A model generated the notes under the pieces. That model saw nothing but the letters and a program-made list of their open reading frames with translations. It did no database searches and was not told the origin of the DNA. The position numbers and the translations under genes were made by a program. Shown here in pieces: positions 56,603-64,000 of a stretch of 64,000 bases of DNA (position 1 is the first letter of the stretch; every line of letters starts with the position of its first letter). The stretch is from the NCBI GenBank assembly GCA_051013385.1, contig CP143273.1, forward strand, positions 960,001 to 1,024,000. Direction: 5' to 3'. Source of the stretch: Phormidium sp. (GTDB taxonomy: Bacteria; Cyanobacteriota; Cyanobacteriia; Cyanobacteriales; Aerosakkonemataceae).

Positions 56603-59600
56603 TCACCAATGGATCGCACCCAGCATTTGCAAGGTAGCGATCGTCGCTGGAGTTAAACCTTTAACCCCCGTCAACTTCATCCCTTCGTAAAGACGTTTAG
56701 CGATTAAAATGCGATCGCATTCTCCCATATCAGTATTCCAAATGCGAACCGTTTGATCTTGGGAACCACTGGCGATCGCTTTTCCATCAGGACTAAAAGC
56801 AACTGAAGAAACCAAATGAGAATGTCCCATGTAAACATTGATACACTGACCTGATTTGACATCCCAGCGACGCACTGTTCGATCGTGGGAAGCACTAGCG
56901 AGGGTTTGTCCATCGGGACTAAAAGCAACGGAAAACACCCAGTTGGTATGTCCGGTAAAGGTTGTGAGACACACTTCTATTGTCCAGTCCCATAGTTTGA
57001 CAGTGCGATCGGTACTAGAACTAGCAAGTGTCCTTCCATCAGGACTGAATGCAACTGAATAAACACGATTTGTATGTCCATCCAGAACTGTGATGCAATC
57101 CCCTGAGTGATAATCCCATAATCGAATAGTTTGATCAGCACTGGCAGTTGCTATGATTTGTCCATCAGGACTAAAAGCAATTCCTTGAATTTTATCGCTA
57201 TGTCCAGTCAGGGTTTTTAAGCATTGCCCTGTTTGCCAATTCCATACCTTCAAAGTACAATCGGCACTACCACTGGCAACAGTAAGATGTTCAGGATGAA
57301 AAGCAACTGCATACACCCAATCTGCATGACTTTGGAGAATTTGGAAACATTGACCAGTATTGACCTTCCACAACCTGACTGTACAATCAGTGCTAGCAGT
57401 CGCTAAAATCTGTCCATCTGCACTAAAAGCGAGTCCATAGATAAAGTCGGTATGTCCAGACAAACTGCGGATACAATCACCAGTCTGCCAATCCCACAAT
57501 TTTACAGTTTTGTCATTGCTGCCACTAGCCAATATTCCCCCTGAGTCCCCCTTACTAAGGGGGGATGGGGGGATCGGACTAAAGCTAACAGGAAGTGCCC
57601 AATCTGTGTTGCCATACCAAGATTTTAAACAATGTCCGCTTTGGTAATTCCACAACCGCACAGTTTGATCTAAACTGACACAAGCAATAGTTTGCTCGTC
57701 GGGGCTAAAGGCAACACAGCACACTTCATTAGTTTGTCCATATAATGTTTTGACACAATTATCGCTATAACAATCCCAGAATTTGACTGTGCGATCGCCA
57801 CTGCCACTGACAATTAAATCACCTGTCGGACTGAAAGCAATTGAATAGACACTACCTTGATGTCCGGTGTAAGTTCTTAAACATTCTCCTGTCTGATAAT
57901 CCCAAAGTTTGATGGTGCGATCGCTACTAGAACTCGCCAAAACCTCACCATCAGGACTAAAAACTACAGAACGCACCCACCCAGAATGCCCTTTTAGAAG
58001 TTTTGAGTTTTGAGTTTTGAGTTCTAAATTATCATCTTTATTATCATCTTCTCCCCTGTGTTCCCCATCTCCCACTTCCCACAACCTAATGGTATGATCT
58101 GCTGCACCACTAGCCAGGATTTTACCGTCTGGACTGAAGGCGACTGAACGCACCCAGTCTGTGTGTCCGGTTAGTGTTTGCAAACAATGACCATTGCAGA
58201 TATCCCAAATTTTGATTGTGCGATCGCCACTCGCACTTGCCAAGCTTTGTCCATCCGGGTTATAAGCAACAGCAAAAACCTCATGTTGATGCCCAATAAA
58301 CGTTTTAATGCAAACACCATCTTGCACATTCCACAGCTTTAGAGTGCAGTCCGCGCCACAACTAGCAAGGGTTTTTCCATCTGGACTAAACACTACGAAG
58401 CGCACCCAGTTATTATGACCCTGACAAATTAGTAACAGTTTTCCCGATTTTACTTCCCATATTCTGACATTACAATCAGTGTCGCAGGTTGCTAATAACT
58501 GACTGTTAGGACTGAACGCAACCCATAAAATATTTCCCAAAGTTTCCGTAAAAATACAGCGAGATAAGTCGGAGTTGGTGAAGTCAACATTGTGTAAAGT
58601 AACGCCTTGCAAATAAGCTTGCCAAACAGTTAACCCAGAACAATCAAATCCAGTCAAATCTACACCAGACTGATGCAACAAATTAATCGCATTTCCGGCT
58701 GCATATCCAGTTTCTTTCGGAGGTTTTCCTCGCAGATTGCTCAGAATTTCACTAAGACAAACAGAAATGTTTTCTGAACTTCCTAAACTTGCGGTTAATT
58801 CATCAATAATTGGTTGCAAAATTAAGTTGGCTTGGGTTTCTCGGATATAATCTTTAGCAGTGGCTTTCAGAAGTGCGTGATTGATGAATATTTTAGATAA
58901 AGAGCTTTTTTCTAAGCTGCTGATTTCTGCACAGACTTGTTCAATTAAATGAGTTGTTACATATTCCATAACAACTGGTTGCTGAGTGAAACTAGCATTG
59001 CTTTTTTCGATAATTGACCGCCGTTGTAATGAATTTAAAGATTCCAGAAATTCACGAGGAGGAATAGTTGTAACGAAATCAGCTTGTAACTCTGGTAAGG
59101 TAACAGGTTCTCGATCGATCGCCAACCAATACATAATGGCGCGTTCTAAATCAGTCAATCGCAAGAATTGTTGCGACAACAAATCGCGAATATCATCAAA
59201 CAAAAACGCACTTTGTTGAGTAGTTTCTAAAAAATAAGAAATATTATCATCAAAATAATCGTGAATAGAAGAAGCAACAATTTTCAACGCTAGAGGGTTT
59301 CCCGCATAACGTGAAATCAAAGTTTTCCATTCGGTATCTGTTGCCGTAAATGTGCCTTTAACGTTGAATAAATTGCGCCCAACACCTTCTGGTAAACCGC
59401 TTAATTGCAGCGATCGCGCTGGCAAAGTTTCCCCTTCAAATTTAGCTAATCCTTGGGGTTTTTCACGAGATGTTAAAATTAAACAACTTTGGTGCGATGT
59501 TTCGGCAATTGAACGCAAAAGTTGTCCATAACCTTCGTATCCAGTGTTATAACGCCCCGTGCGATCGCCTGCTTGCAAAATCGATTCCGCATTATCTAAA

Positions 59601-60310
59601 ATCAGTAAACAGCGTGAAGTTCGTAAATAATGGAGTAATCTTGTAATTCTCCCTTCTAAATTCGATGGTAAATTAATTTCCTGTTGCTGGGAAAGAAACT
59701 GAATAATTTCTGTTAAAATCTCTTCCACAGTGGGAGCATTACGGAGCGATCGCCAAATCACATATTCAATGTTAGATTTTGAATGCTCCTCTACTTCTCT
59801 ACTTTCAGCAATTTCTCTCGCCAACTTCACCGATAAAGCCGTTTTCCCAATCCCACCCATTCCCAACAATGTCACCAAACGGCAATTTTCCTCAACTACC
59901 CACTGCCTAACCACACTCAACTCTACTTGACGACCATAAAAAACCGAAACATCAGGCGCATCACCCCAATCCTGAAGCATTTCATTGACCGATTTTCCTT
60001 CCTCCCCTCTGCCCCCCTGCTCCTCTGCCCCCCTGCTCCCCTGCCCCTCTGTAACCTCCTCCCAGTTCAACCCAAGTACTTGACAATACGCTTTGAACGC
60101 CTCTGCATTGATGGGATATTTTCCAGCTAAGAAGCGTTTCCAAGTTCCTTCGGAAATGCCTATAGCAAGAGCTCCATCCTCTGCCCAAGAAGCACCTAAA
60201 ATTGCACTGGCTGTCTCAATCCAACGGAAATCGCTGACAGCCCAACCTTTCTCGCTTCTAGCTTTTTTAATGTACGCAAGACCTTGTTGTGAAGCTTTGA
60301 GTGTTACCAC
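56603..60310 (-). CDS. STAND protein: HTH-like N-terminus, NB-ARC ATPase, pentapeptide segment and about 14 WD40 repeats
   Basis: ISEGTWKRFL, DWGDAPD...FYGR, GMGGIGKT, LLILDN, LTSRE, GNPLAL, repeated GH..WV..VAFSPDG..LAS.S.D.T..LW. Confidence 0.93.
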   Translation of the reverse strand: MVTLKASQQGLAYIKKARSEKGWAVSDFRWIETASAILGASWAEDGALAIGISEGTWKRFLAGKYPINAEAFKAYCQVLGLNWEEVTEGQGSRGAEEQGGRGEEGKSVNEMLQDWGDAPDVSVFYGRQVELSVVRQWVVEENCRLVTLLGMGGIGKTALSVKLAREIAESREVEEHSKSNIEYVIWRSLRNAPTVEEILTEIIQFLSQQQEINLPSNLEGRITRLLHYLRTSRCLLILDNAESILQAGDRTGRYNTGYEGYGQLLRSIAETSHQSCLILTSREKPQGLAKFEGETLPARSLQLSGLPEGVGRNLFNVKGTFTATDTEWKTLISRYAGNPLALKIVASSIHDYFDDNISYFLETTQQSAFLFDDIRDLLSQQFLRLTDLERAIMYWLAIDREPVTLPELQADFVTTIPPREFLESLNSLQRRSIIEKSNASFTQQPVVMEYVTTHLIEQVCAEISSLEKSSLSKIFINHALLKATAKDYIRETQANLILQPIIDELTASLGSSENISVCLSEILSNLRGKPPKETGYAAGNAINLLHQSGVDLTGFDCSGLTVWQAYLQGVTLHNVDFTNSDLSRCIFTETLGNILWVAFSPNSQLLATCDTDCNVRIWEVKSGKLLLICQGHNNWVRFVVFSPDGKTLASCGADCTLKLWNVQDGVCIKTFIGHQHEVFAVAYNPDGQSLASASGDRTIKIWDICNGHCLQTLTGHTDWVRSVAFSPDGKILASGAADHTIRLWEVGDGEHRGEDDNKDDNLELKTQNSKLLKGHSGWVRSVVFSPDGEVLASSSSDRTIKLWDYQTGECLRTYTGHQGSVYSIAFSPTGDLIVSGSGDRTVKFWDCYSDNCVKTLYGQTNEVCCVAFSPDEQTIACVSLDQTVRLWNYQSGHCLKSWYGNTDWALPVSFSPIPPSPLSKGDSGGILASGSNDKTVKLWDWQTGDCIRSLSGHTDFIYGLAFSADGQILATASTDCTVRLWKVNTGQCFQILQSHADWVYAVAFHPEHLTVASGSADCTLKVWNWQTGQCLKTLTGHSDKIQGIAFSPDGQIIATASADQTIRLWDYHSGDCITVLDGHTNRVYSVAFSPDGRTLASSSTDRTVKLWDWTIEVCLTTFTGHTNWVFSVAFSPDGQTLASASHDRTVRRWDVKSGQCINVYMGHSHLVSSVAFSPDGKAIASGSQDQTVRIWNTDMGECDRILIAKRLYEGMKLTGVKGLTPATIATLQMLGAIHW

Positions 60311-60539
60311 AATCTTTTTCCACCAACTGTGTCTAATTGTTACGGAAGATAGAGCTTAGATTTTTTATGTTTAAACTAATTTGCCAGATTTTCTGTTGAT
60401 GTGCAATACCATATTTAAGCTTTAATAGACAAGATCAATTTCGCTAAACTTAGATTGATCCATCACTGATCTTGATAATAGTAATAATATTAACCAGTAT
60501 TTTAGCTGATGACCCTTAAACATAGAAGATGAAAAGCCA

Positions 60540-61136
60540 ATGATGAAGTTATATCACACTGAATTGTCAGGAAATTGTCACAAAGTTAGGTTAATGCTGT
60601 CATTGCTACAAATAGAGCATGAAAGAATATTAATTGATTTGGCAAGTGGTGAACATAAATCCGCTGACTTTCTGGAGAGCAATCCTCTTGGGCAGGTTCC
60701 TGTTTTAATGGATGGAGATACCTTAATTCGAGATTCCCAGGCTATTCTGGTTTATCTAACGCGCAAATATAAACGGGAAGATTGGCTACCATTAGAAGCT
60801 GAATCTATGGCAAAAGTTATGCAGTGGTTGTCATTTGCAGCTAATGAAATTAATTCCAGCTTATTTATTGCCCGACTTCATTTTCGCTTTGGCATGGATT
60901 TTGATTGGGAAACGGCGCAACAAAAGGGTAAACAAGTGCTGCAAATAATAGATACTCATCTAAAAGAGCGAAATTGGTTGGAGTGTAATTCTGCTACCAT
61001 TGCAGATATCGCTTGTTATCCTTATGTAGGATTGGCTCCCGAAGGTAAAGTTGCTTTAGAGCCTTACCCAAATATAATTGCTTGGCTCGATCACATTAAA
61101 CAATTACCTGGTTACGAAGTTATGCCTGGACTTTAG
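60540..61136 (+). CDS. Glutathione S-transferase
   Basis: SGNCHKVRL, NPLGQVPVL.DG, DSQAIL.YL, TIADIA.YPY. Confidence 0.93.
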   Translation: MMKLYHTELSGNCHKVRLMLSLLQIEHERILIDLASGEHKSADFLESNPLGQVPVLMDGDTLIRDSQAILVYLTRKYKREDWLPLEAESMAKVMQWLSFAANEINSSLFIARLHFRFGMDFDWETAQQKGKQVLQIIDTHLKERNWLECNSATIADIACYPYVGLAPEGKVALEPYPNIIAWLDHIKQLPGYEVMPGL

Positions 61137-61234
61137 AATAAAAAGGAGAGTTTTGTATTTTGAGTTACGGAAATCTCAGTTATTTTTAATCTTTTGTTTG
61201 TAATGTAGTAAGTAGCAAATAATTAATTAATGCA

Positions 61235-62167
61235 ATGATGCCTTTTCATTCTGGAGAAATCACTGTTCAAACTCGTGCAGGCGTGCGGGAAGATGCTGAA
61301 CGGATTGGAGAAGTAATTTGTAATACAGTTAAGCCTGCTGCTTTGAGTTTTCTTAGTACTCAGCAAATAGCGATCGCCAGTACGATCGCATCAAAGGACA
61401 CTATCTGGGCATCTTTGCTAACAGGATCACCTGGATTTATTCAAGTATTAAATGACCAAACAATCCAGATTGATTATACTTCTAATTTTACAGATATTCT
61501 CCAGAAAAATTTAGATGGTAATACTGAAATTGGCTTATTAATTATCGACTTATCCAACCGAAAGCGATTAAGATTAAATGGAAAAAAAAAGATGTGCCAA
61601 TCAGAGATGTTCCAGGTGGAAATTCAGCAAGCATTTTTCAACTGTCCTAAATATATTCAAACTCGTTATTTAGAAACTAGTGTGATCGCAGAATTACCCC
61701 CACCAGAAATTCACCAAAGAAATACTTTAAATTCAGCAGATGAAACCTGGATTAATCAAGCAGATACCTTTTTTATTGCCACTGCTAATTCTACACAAGG
61801 GGCTGATGCTTCTCATCGAGGAGGTTATCCAGGATTTGTTCAAATTATTAACTCTCAGACGTTACTTTTTCCAGATTATGCAGGTAATAATATGTTCCAA
61901 ACTCTGGGAAATTTAGCCCAAAATCCGCAAGCTGGGTTACTATTTATTGATTTCGAGCAAGGGCATACATTACAATTAACAGGACAGGCAGTAATTATTT
62001 GGGATACGGAACAGATTTCGACTTTTCTTGGCGCACAACGGTTGATAAGATTTGCGATCGATCGCGTAGTTGAAACCAGAAATGCTACAATTCTACGCTG
62101 GCAATTTGGAGAATATTCCCCGGCAAATCCAGCCTTGCCAGAAGGCAGCAACAAAAAAGATTTATAG
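61235..62167 (+). CDS. Tandem pyridoxamine 5'-phosphate oxidase-like FMN-binding protein
   Basis: FH.GE..VQ, R.RLRLNG, NCPKYIQ.R, ADTFFIAT, DASHRGG.PGFV, PDY.GN.MF.TLGN. Confidence 0.88.
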   Translation: MMPFHSGEITVQTRAGVREDAERIGEVICNTVKPAALSFLSTQQIAIASTIASKDTIWASLLTGSPGFIQVLNDQTIQIDYTSNFTDILQKNLDGNTEIGLLIIDLSNRKRLRLNGKKKMCQSEMFQVEIQQAFFNCPKYIQTRYLETSVIAELPPPEIHQRNTLNSADETWINQADTFFIATANSTQGADASHRGGYPGFVQIINSQTLLFPDYAGNNMFQTLGNLAQNPQAGLLFIDFEQGHTLQLTGQAVIIWDTEQISTFLGAQRLIRFAIDRVVETRNATILRWQFGEYSPANPALPEGSNKKDL

Positions 62168-62189
62168 ATATAAGTAAAGTAAAAACTAA

Positions 62190-62253
62190 GGCGGGCAGGA
62201 TGCCCACCCCACAAGAGTAACAGCTTTCTTGTGGGGTGGGCATCCTGCCCGCC
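62190..62253. repeat. REP-like palindrome
   Basis: ggcgggcaggatgcccaccccacaag...cttgtggggtgggcatcctgcccgcc. Confidence 0.85.
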
Positions 62254-62327
62254 CCATCTTATTTACACCTACTTAAAAGCTTTTTAATCTTTTTAAAGTA
62301 TGGATCATTTCTATTTTTTAGATTAAT

Positions 62328-62358
62328 AAAAAAATCCTTCTCCGTAAAAGAGAAGGAT
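62328..62358 (-). terminator. Rho-independent terminator
   Basis: Minus strand: atccttctc-loop-gagaaggat followed by a T run, downstream of the 62399 stop. Confidence 0.7.
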
Positions 62359-62398
62359 GTTTCAATATTTAGATTACAACAAAAGTGTGGTTTTGAAG

Positions 62399-62992
62399 TT
62401 AGCGAATTGTAATTTGTAATTGATAGTTGGCATTACCGCTATCTTTACCAATGAGAATTAGATAATCACCGCTGACGGGAAACCTTAGAATATCATCTCT
62501 GCCTGGAACCAGTTGTTGATTGTCTGGAGTGACGATCGCATTCACCACTGCATTATTTGCAGTAGAAGTAATGTCAAGAAGTAATTGTTGTCTGGCTCTT
62601 GCGTTAACAACATACACATCAAAATCCTCACGCACCGCAGCATTATTCACAATAGCTGAACTAGTACCAGCGGCAAAGATTACGCGGTACGATCGCACAT
62701 TAAAATTAGCTGGAGGAGACAAGTCATCGGGTATAGAAATTCCGATTAACGATGCCCAAGTTTGAGGCCCAACTACACCATCGATCGCCAGCGTAAATAC
62801 TTCTTGGAATCGTCTCACAGCGCGTTCTGTAATTGCACCAAAGATACCGTCCACAACTAACGCAGGTAATGCAACGCCGGGAATATTTCTTGTTGCATTG
62901 AGACGCTGTTGCAGTAAGGAAACATCTTCTCCTGTGCTACCCCGACGCAGAACAGACAAAGAACGAAAGGAAGTGGAAGTTGCTACTTGCAT
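62399..62992 (-). CDS. Peptidoglycan-binding (PG_binding_1) protein with C-terminal PPC-like domain
   Basis: LRRGS.GEDV..LQ..L, DGIFG..TE.AV..FQ....L.IDGVVGP.TW; C-terminal F..G..S, P.SGDY.I.I. Confidence 0.85.
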   Translation of the reverse strand: MQVATSTSFRSLSVLRRGSTGEDVSLLQQRLNATRNIPGVALPALVVDGIFGAITERAVRRFQEVFTLAIDGVVGPQTWASLIGISIPDDLSPPANFNVRSYRVIFAAGTSSAIVNNAAVREDFDVYVVNARARQQLLLDITSTANNAVVNAIVTPDNQQLVPGRDDILRFPVSGDYLILIGKDSGNANYQLQITIR

Positions 62993-63293
62993 AAGAAATT
63001 ACCTCATTTATGTTTATAGAGCCTTGGCTATATCTTGTGATGCTAAAGTTTTTATTTCAAACTTCATTTAATTAACGCATCAGAAAGATCGCCTGTCTAT
63101 TCCTGTTGTAAGTTTTATAGTTAATGAGCGTCGATACAGAAAAGTTAAGGAGATCAAAATTTGATTTAAAGAATTCAAAATCAATGAAGTTACCCTTGGC
63201 AAAAAAATCCTTAACTTTTCTGTATCGACCTCAAGATTAGCTCATTCTATAAATAAGACATCATCAATTTTCAGTAAATTAGGAGAACCTCAA

Positions 63294-64000
63294 ATGGCAA
63301 CATTTAATGTTACTAGATATGACGATGTTGTTGACCCCAATGATAATCAATTGAGTGTGCGAGAAGCCGTCACCCAGGCGATGAATACGGTCGGAGATGA
63401 CATCATTAATATGAACGGGACTGTACGACTTAACCAGCCAATCGTTATTAGCCCCAATTCAGGAAGAATTACCTTTCAAGGCAATGGTGCCAACACCAGT
63501 GGCTTCAACGGACAAGATCGCACCCAAATTATGTTTGTCAACCAGGCAACTGTTAGCTTCTTCAACTTAGGGTTTTACAACGGCTATATCTACGGTGGAG
63601 ATGGACAAAAAGGCGGTGGCGGCGGCTTAGGGGCTGGCGGTGCCATATTTAACAATCGTGGCAATGTGACGGCAGATAGGGTTACTTTTTTTGCTAACCG
63701 AGCAGTGGGGGGTAATGGTGGCGGTACACTCCGAGACGGGGGAATAGGTGGTGATGCTCTTACTAGTGGCAATCCTGGTTTTGCTGGAGGGGCTGGCGGT
63801 ACATCCCTGTTTGGTAGTGCTCCCAGCACGGCAGGCACCAGAGGTGCAGCTGGGATCTACAACAACTCAAGTGCGATCGCCAATGGCGGCAACGGTGGCA
63901 ATGGCGGCAATGGCAATTTTGGTGTGGGCGGTGCCAGCGGCGGTGGCGGCGGCGGCGGTGAAGGCGGGGCAGGTCCTATATTTGCCCCTGGTAATGGGGG
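63294..64000 (+). CDS. N-terminus of a glycine-rich secreted/surface protein (CSLREA-like start), runs off window
   Basis: AGGAG RBS. MATFNVTRYDDVVDPNDNQLSVREAV..., GGGGGLGAGGAIF, N.AVGGNGG. Open to base 64000 and absent from the ORF track because it has no stop. Confidence 0.85.
   Translation, partial: MATFNVTRYDDVVDPNDNQLSVREAVTQAMNTVGDDIINMNGTVRLNQPIVISPNSGRITFQGNGANTSGFNGQDRTQIMFVNQATVSFFNLGFYNGYIYGGDGQKGGGGGLGAGGAIFNNRGNVTADRVTFFANRAVGGNGGGTLRDGGIGGDALTSGNPGFAGGAGGTSLFGSAPSTAGTRGAAGIYNNSSAIANGGNGGNGGNGNFGVGGASGGGGGGGEGGAGPIFAPGNG

Overview
64 kb of AT-rich chromosome from a cyanobacterium. The HIP1 octamer GCGATCGC is frequent, and STRR heptamer repeats, REP-like palindromes and a CTCAGATCTTGCACC-ended MITE-like family point to a filamentous lineage. 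No rRNA, tRNA or CRISPR array was seen. Housekeeping genes include pilC, mazG, proA, folB, clpS, wzm/wzt-like ABC genes and a short psb34/ssl1498 gene missed by the ORF track. The accessory blocks are: (1) a 14-20.5 kb catabolic-looking cluster whose nitrilase-fold and alpha/beta-hydrolase-fold proteins both lack their canonical catalytic residues; (2) a Ser/Thr kinase-GUN4 gene with an adenine-depleted tail that reads in two frames; (3) a decayed toxin-antitoxin spot; (4) an EEP nuclease plus eukaryote-like XendoU-LTD RNase pair; (5) a GC-richer PrsW / membrane protein / Tat lipase / secreted hydrolase island; (6) a 37.7-49.9 kb block with a REC-wHTH-Hpt-REC phosphorelay and five copies of a direct-repeat box, each 10-11 bp upstream of a -10 hexamer, suggesting a local regulon (MFS pump, outer-membrane barrel, Tat-signal SDR); (7) a decayed ISL3 next to an sqr / pdo-yeeE-yeeE-sulP sulfide-oxidation locus; (8) an HTH-NB-ARC-WD40 STAND gene divergent from GST and a PNPOx-like gene; (9) a perfect 22-bp inverted repeat between two envelope genes at the right end. 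All protein calls come from motif recognition by eye; no searches were run.
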